Part shown: positions 39,887-52,845 of the stretch, one piece after another | Numbering within the stretch: the first letter of the stretch is position 1 | How the letters are laid out: each line of letters begins with the position of its first letter | Assembly (NCBI GenBank): GCA_051362555.1 | Contig: CM120649.1 | Location: 9,734,001 to 9,798,000, forward strand | Direction: 5' to 3' | DNA from: Lingula anatina | Taxonomy: Eukaryota > Animalia > Brachiopoda | DNA length: 64,000 nucleotides | Program-made: the position numbers and the translations under genes | Notes under the pieces: model-generated | What the model saw: only the letters and a program-made list of their open reading frames with translations | Database searches by the model: none | What the model was told of the DNA's origin: nothing

Positions 39887-40597
39887 GGTGGATGGAAAGT
39901 GACTTCTGAGTCCAGAGGCAGAGACAGGGCATTTTATAGCATCAGCTGCCCATTGTCTCTCCCAGGTGTGCAGGAAAGCAGGATACATGACAACAAAAGG
40001 TATGAACAATGATTGGAAGTGGAGTTTCCTGTAAACAGCAAACTGCATGGCCCCAGTGCAGGAGGGGGGTCCCCAGCTTAGCAAGTGAGTATTGTTCTGC
40101 AGGGAGGGACAGGAAACATGATTTCCTGTTTCCTCACAAGACACACAAACAAACATAAACAACAGTTGTGACAATTAACCTTGCACTTGAGTTTAAGTAA
40201 TTTTTAAATATTTTAAAATCTTTTTATTAGTAATTTTCCACTTTTTACACTTTATTTCTCAGCAAAGTGCACTTAAACCAGTCTCAACTGGTTAAGATGC
40301 TTATCTCAAATTATCTCACATGTCCAGTATCAGGTGTCAAAATTTCAAAACAATTGAAACAAATTCAAGCACAGAAATTTGCATTTAACTTTTTATCACT
40401 CATGAAATTTTGCTTTCTCACCAGGTGCAATATTGGCTAAAGTGGCCCATACAGCAACCACATTTTCAACTTGACAGGGCTCAGTCATCAAGAGACCGTT
40501 CTCAGTCATATTGGGCGGAGCAGTTGGCATTGCAATAAGGTTATAATTTTTGGTGTCAGAAGGTAAGAACAGGGGGGTGGGTGGTGGTTTGTGTGAA

Positions 40598-41058
40598 GGG
40601 CAGAAACCACTAAATCAGCCTATCAGCACCTGTTATAGACGAATGTAGTTCAGTGAGAGAAAATTAGTGCTTTTTTCCATTTTTTTTCCTGGCATTTCTT
40701 GTGTGTTGCTAGGGTTAATTTTGGTATCAACTAGCAGGCTAGGGTGTATACTACTGCCAGTTTTTTTTTCAGGACCAGGCTCAGGTGCGGTGCAGTCGTG
40801 AGACCTCTGGCGGAGGGGGCTACTGACTGTGAGTGGTGCAGTGGTTTGTTTACAAACAGAGGGGTGCAAATGTTCAAATGATGCCGGTAAGCAAGAAAGT
40901 CTGATATGACAGTATATTTTTTTGCCATTGGGAGTTATGTCAGTGTGTCTACTGTCCATGGGGATGGGAAATGTTTCACAGAGTAATTTTGTTCATGCAG
41001 TATTGAAGGCATTTCTTAGTATGGTCGTCAATGGGAAATTATTTGGTGGTTTCTGCCC
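40598..41058. repeat. LTDR 6
   Basis: Same TIRs; variant A. Confidence 0.88.
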
Positions 41059-41158
41059 TGAACAGGAAAAGTGACAACTGTTCACTTTTGGCTCAGTTTC
41101 TAAATTTAGAGCAGCACAGGATATAAAAGGGTGGTCTTGCATCATTTCACAGACAAAA

Positions 41159-41524
41159 ATGGCTAATCAGCAATTATTTGAAGAATTGAGAGAGAAATAA
41201 CATGCAAAATTGCATAACACACAGGAGGGATAGTGTTGGCTTTGGACTGGGGGCACCAGTTGTTCCAGTGGGGTCCGTTATGGGAAGATGAGGGTTACTT
41301 TTGCTGGGGCCAGACACTCTGTTACTGTTGGAGTGCACAGGGTGGTATTTATGCTTAAGGAGAGGGTTTTTCTCATTCCGAGAGGGACAGAAGTACATGT
41401 ATCTCACCTGTGTGGAGTCACAGCAGAGCCTCACGGAATCAACAATAACAGATTACATTGTCATACTGTGGGCAGGTGCCTCGGACACGGACAGGGGCCA
41501 AATTGTGTATATGATAATTATTAA
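41159..41524 (+). pseudogene. His-Me finger nuclease, copy 6
   Basis: As copy 1, with an L>F change shared with copy 7. Confidence 0.8.
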
Positions 41525-41701
41525 TATTATTGTTATTATTATAATGATAATTCCGAGAGGGATTAAATTTACATTTACTTAGTTTATAGATTTCTCAATT
41601 ACATTTCTAAGTTTTAAGACTAGAAGAAAGACCAACAAACTTTTTTTATATTTCACAACCAGTTTATTGCAGAGTAGTATCTTGAAATTATACATTTTCT
41701 T

Positions 41702-43623
41702 TTAATTGCTTGCTCTCTTTGAATAGCTGTGATCAGGAAATACAAGTTTTGGCATAGATATGCATCTTCTGTAGTCATTATTACTTTTCAATGCTTTAGA
41801 TCTGTCATATCTTCTGTAACGGCTAAGGATTCTCCATCTAGCTCTTAACTTAAATGCAACTGTCTTTTTGTGATTTATTCTCATTTTCATCTGTTTTTCA
41901 TCTTTCTCTAGATATTTAACAACTGAAGAAGTGGGCCTAACACCAACAGAGGCCATTTTACTCAAAGTGGATTGCTTAAGTCAATTATTCCTCAAGTGAA
42001 CTGCACTGTGAATCCTGCCTTCGAAGTTCCGCGAAAAGGTGACAACTTTATTATTAGTTTTCTGAAATATCCTGTTTAAAGACTCCACTTTTTGTGTGTT
42101 GGTATTAAGTTTTGTTGATTCAATGGCCCTTGGGCCCAGTCTATAATTTAGGCACTGTCTTAAGATGTGCATATCTTCAGAGTTGCTAAAGTCTAGTTTG
42201 CCTTTCTCAGGGAAAATAGTTTCCGAGCCACCTTTGCATACATAAGAATACTTCAAACAATTTTCACAATCACCAGTGTAACAACTAATTATAGAGTCAG
42301 TGACATAGCTCAGTGCTCTTTTAATCAATTCTATGTCACCTTTATTTGCTTTAAAGCAGGCATCAAATTCAGCATAGCAGCGCATTGCTATGCACTGAGC
42401 AAAGCGTTTTTGCATTTTGTCTCTTGAGTACTTAGTTTTCCCTGGAAAAACTTGACCGGAAAATGGTGCTTTTTCAATTTGCTTTTTCAGAGCTTAAGTG
42501 AAGTGGCGCGTGTCCCGAAGACTTTCGACATCATCACATACAGAGTGGGCTTGGCTATCCCCATCAGTGGTTAAGGCACCAACTGTGACCTCTCCAGAAA
42601 TTTCCTCAAGAATCTGCTGCATGGCACGTTTCTCATCTCCAATGCTGTCGTCTTCTCGCAGATTGGCCGTGCAGATACCACTGTGCTCTGGACAGGATAC
42701 ATCTTCCCCTCTACTTCTCAGCAGGTGAGCTTTGTGGCATAACTTGTTTCCGGTGTAAACACCAATGATGTCTTTTTTGCTGGTTACATTTTCCGCAACA
42801 GTGTATACAGTCTGAGTGGCTGGCTGGTATGGTGTTTTGTTCCCTCCACTGAAAAGACTATTATTATATCTGCCATCTCCTTCCACTGCTATGGGCTGTC
42901 CTTCACACCCTCTCAGATCTTGAATGCGGCGTAGATTCTCACGGCGCTGTTGCATGTCAGCTTTGTTTAGCTTGGTTATGGCAGCACCGACTTTATTTGC
43001 TTGCTTTTGCATGGATGATGCACTGGGCGGGGTCACATTGGTCGCCATTAGAATCTGCCTCATGGCCGTGTTGGAGATCATGTTTTGTGACAGGCCTACT
43101 TGCAAGCCTGCATTCACCGTTGCTGCTCTCCTGCCACACTGCTTGCTCTCGACTTCATTGTACAATTTCTGTTTCCCTGTCCTGTACTGACATGTGTCAC
43201 ATTTAATCCCATTGACCAAGCCACTCCCCACTTGCTCTCTGCCTCTCTGTCCCGAACCATTGAGCCAGTGCACTCAGCTGTATGCTCTGACAAGACTTTG
43301 TTGACCAGATTGACAAGTTTTTCTGGTGAAACCAACTTGTATTCATCATCTGGGGGTTGGGGCTGGCTACTGGACACACTCTCTGACTGGGCCCTCCTAG
43401 GTCTGAGTATGACGGGTGCATCAGGGTTGCTGTTGAGGGTTGTGGGTGGCCCGACAGGGGGTGGAGAGGAGGCTGCCTGGTACAATTCTTGGCTGGGTCT
43501 GATGTATCTTCTCACAATAGGCTCTGGAGGCTGGTCAGACTGCTGACGTCCAGTGGAAAACTTGTTTCCCTTCACAAATACACTTTTTCTTCGTTTTTTC
43601 CAGCTACCTTTACCGTACGGCAT
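41702..43623 (-). pseudogene. DDD/E transposase, copy 6
   Basis: Same lesions as copy 1. Confidence 0.85.
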
Positions 43624-44334
43624 GGTGGATGGAAAGTGACTTCTGAGTCCAGAGGCAGAGACAGGGCATTTTATAGCATCAGCTGCCCATTGTCTCTCCC
43701 AGGTGTGCAGGAAAGCAGGATACATGACAACAAAAGGTATGAACAATGATTGGAAGTGGAGTTTCCTGTAAACAGCAAACTGCATGGCCCCAGTGCAGGA
43801 GGGGGGTCCCCAGCTTAGCAAGTGAGTATTGTTCTGCAGGGAGGGACAGGAAACATGATTTCCTGTTTCCTCACAAGACACACAAACAAACATAAACAAC
43901 AGTTGTGACAATTAACCTTGCACTTGAGTTTAAGTAATTTTTAAATATTTTAAAATCTTTTTATTAGTAATTTTCCACTTTTTACACTTTATTTCTCAGC
44001 AAAGTGCACTTAAACCAGTCTCAACTGGTTAAGATGCTTATCTCAAATTATCTCACATGTCCAGTATCAGGTGTCAAAATTTCAAAACAATTGAAACAAA
44101 TTCAAGCACAGAAATTTGCATTTAACTTTTTATCACTCATGAAATTTTGCTTTCTCACCAGGTGCAATATTGGCTAAAGTGGCCCATACAGCAACCACAT
44201 TTTCAACTTGACAGGGCTCAGTCATCAAGAGACCGTTCTCAGTCATATTGGGCGGAGCAGTTGGCATTGCAATAAGGTTATAATTTTTGGTGTCAGAAGG
44301 TAAGAACAGGGGGGTGGGTGGTGGTTTGTGTGAA

Positions 44335-44795
44335 GGGCAGAAACCACTAAATCAGCCTATCAGCACCTGTTATAGACGAATGTAGTTCAGTGAGAGAAAA
44401 TTAGTGCTTTTTTCCATTTTTTTTCCTGGCATTTCTTGTGTGTTGCTAGGGTTAATTTTGGTATCAACTAGCAGGCTAGGGTGTATACTACTGCCAGTTT
44501 TTTTTTCAGGACCAGGCTCAGGTGCGGTGCAGTCGTGAGACCTCTGGCGGAGGGGGCTACTGACTGTGAGTGGTGCAGTGGTTTGTTTACAAACAGAGGG
44601 GTGCAAATGTTCAAATGATGCCGGTAAGCAAGAAAGTCTGATATGACAGTATATTTTTTTGCCATTGGGAGTTATGTCAGTGTGTCTACTGTCCATGGGG
44701 ATGGGAAATGTTTCACAGAGTAATTTTGTTCATGCAGTATTGAAGGCATTTCTTAGTATGGTCGTCAATGGGAAATTATTTGGTGGTTTCTGCCC
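44335..44795. repeat. LTDR 7
   Basis: Same TIRs; variant A. Confidence 0.88.
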
Positions 44796-44895
44796 TGAAC
44801 AGGAAAAGTGACAACTGTTCACTTTTGGCTCAGTTTCTAAATTTAGAGCAGCACAGGATATAAAAGGGTGGTCTTGCATCATTTCACAGACAAAA

Positions 44896-45261
44896 ATGGC
44901 TAATCAGCAATTATTTGAAGAATTGAGAGAGAAATAACATGCAAAATTGCATAACACACAGGAGGGATAGTGTTGGCTTTGGACTGGGGGCACCAGTTGT
45001 TCCAGTGGGGTCCGTTATGGGAAGATGAGGGTTACTTTTGCTGGGGCCAGACACTCTGTTACTGTTGGAGTGCACAGGGTGGTATTTATGCTTAAGGAGA
45101 GGGTTTTTCTCATTCCGAGAGGGACAGAAGTACATGTATCTCACCTGTGTGGAGTCACAGCAGAGCCTCACGGAATCAACAATAACAGATTACATTGTCA
45201 TACTGTGGGCAGGTGCCTCGGACACGGACAGGGGCCAAATTGTGTATATGATAATTATTAA
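44896..45261 (+). pseudogene. His-Me finger nuclease, copy 7
   Basis: As copy 6. Confidence 0.8.
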
Positions 45262-45438
45262 TATTATTGTTATTATTATAATGATAATTCCGAGAGGGAT
45301 TAAATTTACATTTACTTAGTTTATAGATTTCTCAATTATATTTCTAAGTTTTAAGACTAGAAGAAAGACCAACAAACTTTTTTTATATTTCACAACCAGT
45401 TTATTGCAGAGTAGTATCTTGAAATTATACATTTTCTT

Positions 45439-47360
45439 TTAATTGCTTGCTCTCTTTGAATAGCTGTGATCAGGAAATACAAGTTTTGGCATAGATATGC
45501 ATCTTCTGTAGTCATTATTACTTTTCAATGCTTTAGATCTGTCATATCTTCTGTAACGGCTAAGGATTCTCCATCTAGCTCTTAACTTAAATGCAACTGT
45601 CTTTTTGTGATTTATTCTCATTTTCATCTGTTTTTCATCTTTCTCTAGATATTTAACAACTGAAGAAGTGGGCCTAACACCAACAGAGGCCATTTTACTC
45701 AAAGTGGATTGCTTAAGTCAATTATTCCTCAAGTGAACTGCACTGTGAATCCTGCCTTCGAAGTTCCGCGAAAAGGTGACAACTTTATTATTAGTTTTCT
45801 GAAATATCCTGTTTAAAGACTCCACTTTTTGTGTGTTGGTATTAAGTTTTGTTGATTCAATGGCCCTTGGGCCCAGTCTATAATTTAGGCACTGTCTTAA
45901 GATGTGCATATCTTCAGAGTTGCTAAAGTCTAGTTTGCCTTTCTCAGGGAAAATAGTTTCCGAGCCACCTTTGCATACATAAGAATACTTCAAACAATTT
46001 TCACAATCACCAGTGTAACAACTAATTATAGAGTCAGTGACATAGCTCAGTGCTCTTTTAATCAATTCTATGTCACCTTTATTTGCTTTAAAGCAGGCAT
46101 CAAATTCAGCATAGCAGCGCATTGCTATGCACTGAGCAAAGCGTTTTTGCATTTTGTCTCTTGAGTACTTAGTTTTCCCTGGAAAAACTTGACCGGAAAA
46201 TGGTGCTTTTTCAATTTGCTTTTTCAGAGCTTAAGTGAAGTGGCGCGTGTCCCGAAGACTTTCGACATCATCACATACAGAGTGGGCTTGGCTATCCCCA
46301 TCAGTGGTTAAGGCACCAACTGTGACCTCTCCAGAAATTTCCTCAAGAATCTGCTGCATGGCACGTTTCTCATCTCCAATGCTGTCGTCTTCTCGCAGAT
46401 TGGCCGTGCAGATACCACTGTGCTCTGGACAGGATACATCTTCCCCTCTACTTCTCAGCAGGTGAGCTTTGTGGCATAACTTGTTTCCGGTGTAAACACC
46501 AATGATGTCTTTTTTGCTGGTTACATTTTCCGCAACAGTGTATACAGTCTGAGTGGCTGGCTGGTATGGTGTTTTGTTCCCTCCACTGAAAAGACTATTA
46601 TTATATCTGCCATCTCCTTCCACTGCTATGGGCTGTCCTTCACACCCTCTCAGATCTTGAATGCGGCGTAGATTCTCACGGCGCTGTTGCATGTCAGCTT
46701 TGTTTAGCTTGGTTATGGCAGCACCGACTTTATTTGCTTGCTTTTGCATGGATGATGCACTGGGCGGGGTCACATTGGTCGCCATTAGAATCTGCCTCAT
46801 GGCCGTGTTGGAGATCATGTTTTGTGACAGGCCTACTTGCAAGCCTGCATTCACCGTTGCTGCTCTCCTGCCACACTGCTTGCTCTCGACTTCATTGTAC
46901 AATTTCTGTTTCCCTGTCCTGTACTGACATGTGTCACATTTAATCCCATTGACCAAGCCACTCCCCACTTGCTCTCTGCCTCTCTGTCCCCAACCATTGA
47001 GCCAGTGCACTCAGCTGTATGCTCTGACAAGACTTTGTTGACCAGATTGACAAGTTTTTCTGGTGAAACCAACTTGTATTCATCATCTGGGGGTTGGGGC
47101 TGGCTACTGGACACACTCTCTGACTGGGCCCTCCTAGGTCTGAGTATGACGGGTGCATCAGGGTTGCTGTTGAGGGTTGTGGGTGGCCCGACAGGGGGTG
47201 GAGAGGAGGCTGCCTGGTACAATTCTTGGCTGGGTCTGATGTATCTTCTCACAATAGGCTCTGGAGGCTGGTCAGACTGCTGACGTCCAGTGGAAAACTT
47301 GTTTCCCTTCACAAATACACTTTTTCTTCGTTTTTTCCAGCTACCTTTACCGTACGGCAT
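45439..47360 (-). pseudogene. DDD/E transposase, copy 7
   Basis: Same lesions as copy 1; one R>G change. Confidence 0.85.
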
Positions 47361-48071
47361 GGTGGATGGAAAGTGACTTCTGAGTCCAGAGGCAGAGACA
47401 GGGCATTTTATAGCATCAGCTGCCCATTGTCTCTCCCAGGTGTGCAGGAAAGCAGGATACATGACAACAAAAGGTATGAACAATGATTGGAAGTGGAGTT
47501 TCCTGTAAACAGCAAACTGCATGGCCCCAGTGCAGGAGGGGGGTCCCCAGCTTAGCAAGTGAGTATTGTTCTGCAGGGAGGGACAGGAAACATGATTTCC
47601 TGTTTCCTCACAAGACACACAAACAAACATAAACAACAGTTGTGACAATTAACCTTGCACTTGAGTTTAAGTAATTTTTAAATATTTTAAAATCTTTTTA
47701 TTAGTAATTTTCCACTTTTTACACTTTATTTCTCAGCAAAGTGCACTTAAACCAGTCTCAACTGGTTAAGATGCTTATCTCAAATTATCTCACATGTCCA
47801 GTATCAGGTGTCAAAATTTCAAAACAATTGAAACAAATTCAAGCACAGAAATTTGCATTTAACTTTTTATCACTCATGAAATTTTGCTTTCTCACCAGGT
47901 GCAATATTGGCTAAAGTGGCCCATACAGCAACCACATTTTCAACTTGACAGGGCTCAGTCATCAAGAGACCGTTCTCAGTCATATTGGGCAGAGCAGTTG
48001 GCATTGCAATAAGGTTATAATTTTTGGTGTCAGAAGGTAAGAACAGGGGGGTGGGTGGTGGTTTGTGTGAA

Positions 48072-48514
48072 GGGCAGAAACCACTAAATCAGCCTATCAG
48101 CACCTGTTATAGACGAATTTAGTTCAGTGAGAGAAAATTAGTGCTTTTTTTCCATTTTTTTCCTGGCATTTCTTGTGTGTTGCTAGGGTTAATTTTGGTA
48201 ACAACTAGCAGGCTAGGGTGTATACTACTGCCAGTTTTTTTTTCAGGACCAGGCTCAGGTACCTCTGGCGGAGGGGGCTACTGACTGTGAGTGGTGCAGT
48301 GGTTTGTTTACAAACAGAGGGGTGCACATGTTCAAGTGATGCAGGTAAGCAAGAAAGTCTGATGACAGTATATTTTTTTGCTATTGGGAGTTATGTCAGT
48401 GTGTCTACTGTCCATGGGGATGGGAAATGTTTCACAGAGTAATTTTGTTCATGCAGTATTGAAGGCATTTCTTAGTATGGTCGTCAATGGGAAATTATTT
48501 GGTGGTTTCTCTCC
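48072..48514. repeat. LTDR 8 (terminal, diverged, 443 bp)
   Basis: Left TIR intact. 16-bp and 2-bp deletions plus several substitutions in the distal part. Right TIR altered to GTGGTTTCTCTCC, followed by TGCA and unrelated sequence. Confidence 0.85.
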
Positions 48515-50290
48515 TGCAATTCACACGGCAGCAGCTTGTCTTAGTAAGGACTCAACCAGTTGAAAACTTGAGGCACAGCTTCAGGGACAAGATCACACCA
48601 TCTACCCTTGCTGTGATGATGGCCGGATATACTCGTACTGTACATTATCTATGTCTTGTCCTCCTAGTTTCTCTAATACCATTTCTCCTGATCTATGCTC
48701 ACATCAATCTCTACAACTTTACCAACAGCTACACATTTTTTACATCTGAAAGTATAAAGCCAAAATTGTAATAAAGCACTATCAATTTACTTGTTATATA
48801 TTGTTTGAGGGCAAAAGAAAAAGGCAGCAACCACGTATCATAATCAAGATAACTGAAAATCAAATATGCATAATCAAATAGCTTTAATTGTATATACTAC
48901 TGATGATTTAATCTTTTAAACTTCAGCATAAATTTTGACTTTCTCTTGTTAAAGCATAGCCACTTTATCAAAATGTGCTTGAACAAATAATAATAATAAA
49001 CAACCTGCACACATGATGGAACATGGAGGTCAATTGCCACAAAATAAGTTGATTTGTACTTGGTAGCCTGAGAAATAGTATCAGGTGTTAATTTGAGCTG
49101 TAATAATACCACAGAGTTAACAACGACACAAGCATATGGTGTTATGTCACAAAATTCATGCATTACTTGCTGTGGCAGTGTCCTCCTCAACCTATTGTGC
49201 ACCGCAGGTTTTGATTTTCAATGTCATCAAAAATTTTTATTGTTGTTAGTTTGATCTATGTATCTGCTATTCAAATAATATCGTTTGGAAAATAACTAAC
49301 TGATTTAATTATGCTTTTGCGACATGAAATTATCATTAACTTTGCCGGTTCACGTGTACACAGTACCTTGCTATCAGTGCTGCTCTTTTCTCCCCAACTC
49401 GCCACTGACAGGCTTACCACATCATTTCAAAACAACGTTGGTATGCTCCTTTACTTTTGGTGTTGGCAGTTTTGCCCGGGGGACATCGTTTTCGGTTAAA
49501 AACAACATATCGTTTTCACCCATCTTTGCATTGCTCCTGTACAAAATGTCCCCTTGCTGCCTCCCCAAGGGAAAAATCGTAGCACGTGGGTAGTTACGCA
49601 AGACCTGTGACGTATAACGCGCGCAAGGTTATTGGAGGGTTCAGTGGCCTTCAACTCTCCTGTAGCCTCTTTCTTTCGCTGGCTATATTTATCTCAGGTA
49701 AAAATCTACCCGAGTGTTATTTTTAAAGAGCAGCTCCCGAAACCCTGGGGGCACTAGATAAAATCTGGACACCAGGTTTAATAAGGAGCTAGAGAAACAA
49801 AGGAAGACTTTTTCCTGCAAAGCTTCAAAGAGTTTTGACATGGACTTGACGCAGCTTACCCCTCCAAACTAACAGGGTGACATGGGCAATTTTTACAAAC
49901 AAATAATTAAACTTAGATGTATCAGAGCTCTGTCGTGTCGTACAATTGGTTGTTTTGGGAGCCATGCATCCACATATGTAAGGTGAATAAAACCGTAAGT
50001 TAGTTCAACTCAGAGGCGGATCCAGGTTTATTCGAAGGGGGTTCCACGTATGTGAAGCTAGCCTCCTTTTAAATAAATATACCGTTCTGGGTAATAATAA
50101 TATTGAAACTTTTTTAATTGCGAGAATATTTCTGACTAAATGATGATTTTATTATAAATGGAAATAAAGATGCGATGTGTGGTACATGTGCTTTGATTAC
50201 GCTGTCCTTCATCTGTTGCGTTAGTCTACATTTTGCTTGGAATTTTAAAAATCTGTGAGTACAAATTTTAAAGGTCTGGTTACGCCCCTG

Positions 50291-51505
50291 GTGTGTATGT
50301 GTTAGAGAGATAGAGAGAAGGGGGAGTGAGAGAGAGAACTTGTTTGTGGGAGGGTGTGGTAAGAGAGATAGAGAATTTAGTATTAAAAAAGCTCAAAGAA
50401 CTTCAAAATTGATTTTAAAAAACTAAACAATAATTCTATGCCAATTTTGAAAGTTGTATTATTTTTTAAATACAAAAACAGAAAAATCTGACATTTTGTT
50501 AAAACAAAAAGTGTGCAATTTATCCATTATTTTAAAACTAATAAAAAATTACATAACGCGTACATGACCAGGAGAATAATCTCTTTATATCTGTAATATT
50601 CTGTCATTATATCATGCATACTCAGTTTTAGATATGCTCAAGATGCCTTTAAAGGGTTAATGTGAACTGTTGAGATTTGGGTGGTGGTGGGAGGGAGTTG
50701 TGCGCTTAGCAAAAATTTTGATATAGACAAAATTTTATGTATACATTCTGATGCTTGTGCATTGTCTGCTGTGACATTAAATGAGTCTGTATGTATTCTG
50801 CTGAACTCATCTCAGCCTCACATCATCAGCACAGGTCAGTTCAACAACGATATTGCTACACTGTTGATTCTCTTCAATCCCATTGTGAACATAGCCGCTA
50901 TATGTTTTAGATGAGAAATTATCATTTTGGAAAAAGGTGAATTAGATCCCACTCAGTTTTATACATATTCAAGGTGACAAGGGTTAATATAAACTGTTTA
51001 GGGGCAGGGGTGTGCTCAGCAAAAATCTTGATATAAACAAAATTTCATGTATAAATTGTGATGCCTGTTCATTGTCTGTTGTGACATTGAATGTGTCTGC
51101 ATGCATGTATTCTGATCACTGTCTGTCTTAATTGGTGCTGTATATGTTTATTATAATATAATAATATATTTTGGTCACTATGTTATGTCTGTTTTGTAAG
51201 TAACATATATTTTGATCACTATGTAATGTCTGTTTTGTAAGTAATATATATAATATATATATTTGCTAGTCACATTTTCTGAATATCCATGATACTAATA
51301 TATTATTATTAAATATTAATGGTCATTATGCTGTTAAACATTATGTAATGTTGCATCAAAATCTGAAGAAACCCCTATTTTGGGCACTGCTCCCATGATG
51401 ACCATTTAAGGAAAACCATGTCACTTACTGTTCTCAAACTTACAGGAAAGAAGCATGGGACTTAAAGCTTCAGTGAGCAATGCAGTCTATTTGGTAAATT
51501 TTCTG

Positions 51506-51603
<98 letters not shown>

Positions 51604-52216
51604 GATGATTCATTATCTGTTTTCAGTAGAAATGAAGGTGTGTTTCCTGGATTATCATCACACTGAGGACAGTTGAATTCATCTGTTCACCATCTCGTTC
51701 TACAACCACACAGTATCAGCAAAGGTCAGTGCAACAACGATGTTGCTCTACTGCTGATTCTATTCAATTCCTTTGTGACCATTGCCATTATATGTTGTAA
51801 CTGGGAAATAATCAATTGTAAATGGGTCATTGAGATCCAAATCAGATTTTGATATGTTCCAGGTGACAAGGGTTAATGTTAACTGTTTGGGGCAAGGGTT
51901 CGCTTAGCAAAAATCTTGATATAAACAAAATTTCATGTATAATTCTTGATGCCTTTGCATTGTCTGTTGAGACATTGAATGTGTCTGTTTGTATTCTGAT
52001 CACTGCCTATGTCTTTATTGTCACTGTATGTGTTTATTATAATATAATAATTTTGATCACTGTGTTACACAATTTTTAAAAATGGCCCAATTTTTTTTAC
52101 CAAGTGGGCCAAAGTGGCCCTACAAGATTTTGACTCAGGAATAAGGATCCCTGTTATTCTAAGGAAATTCCAGTGAATTTACTTTTTAAAACATAAAATC
52201 AATAGAATATTTCTAA
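50291..52216 (+). repeat. Tandem repeat unit, copy 4 (partial; runs into unique sequence)
   Basis: Matches 1-1371, 6208-6433 and 12408-12478. About 250 bp of extra sequence sits inside its (TA)n tract (about 51260-51507). Confidence 0.85.
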
Positions 52217-52845
52217 AGAAACAGTTTTCTTTTTTTTTCAAACACTGGCTGCACATTTTCTGTATTTCCACATCAGCAGTTGTATTGGTATTTATGTCTT
52301 TAAACATTATGTAATATTATTTTATGCACTGTCATGATTTTTTAAATATTGGGATTTTCATTGTGTGAATTTGAACTCTTGTGGTCCTGAAACTGTAATC
52401 TTATTGCAGGGGCGGATTGAGACCGTCTTCTGGGCCTTCTGGAAGATTGTCAGATTTTAATGTTTACATTGATGGGTATCTATTTTTTTCTGTTGGAAGA
52501 CCATCAAAAATGGAGGCTGGACCAACAAAGATAATTTGGAATACTGTCAGAAAATATCTCTCCTGTTCACTCTTGTTATTGACCATGTTATCTGTTGTTC
52601 ATGATTAAAATTCAGTGTTGATTGACAGCACTATTTATTATTGCATCAAAATTGACAAAATGACCTATTTACTGCATCTTTATTTTCGGTTTTTTGTCTG
52701 TACATTTGACAGCTTTGCTGCCTTGTTTATTCTTTTGAACCCAGCATATTAATGAAAGTTGAATATAAATTATGAATGAATATGTGTACCCCTTGTACAA
52801 GTTCTGGTTAAAAGTACTTTGATGATTCATTTTCTTTGTCGCCAG

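Larger units (their letters stand above)
20444..48514 (-). mobile_element. Tandem array of a KolobokP-like composite DNA transposon: partial INT plus (LTDR-INT)x7 plus LTDR, period 3737 bp
   Basis: The ORF track repeats exactly every 3737 bp. Eight TIR-bearing direct repeats alternate with an internal region encoding a DDD/E transposase and a His-Me finger nuclease. The right end coincides with an LTDR end; the left end is truncated inside the transposase. Confidence 0.88.
20142..50290. mobile_element. hAT-like non-autonomous element (own sequence 20142-20443 and 48515-50290) enclosing the 28-kb array
   Basis: Termini CATGGGCGTAACTAG and CTGGTTACGCCCCTG are inverted repeats. The host repeat stops at 20141 and resumes at 50291 in a GT microsatellite, so the TSD cannot be resolved. 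Confidence 0.55.

Noticed and set aside
20444-48514. LTR retrotransposon array (LTR-INT-LTR layout, G-rich tract next to the repeat)
   Set aside because: No gag, protease, RT or integrase motifs. The repeats end in GGG...CCC TIRs rather than TG...CA, and INT encodes a DDE transposase.
20444-48514. rDNA, histone or other host tandem gene cluster
   Set aside because: No rRNA or histone sequence; the unit content is transposon-like and disrupted.
50031-50065. Separate element starting CAGAGGCGGATCCAGG
   Set aside because: Resembles a hAT-type terminus, but I found no partner end or TSD.
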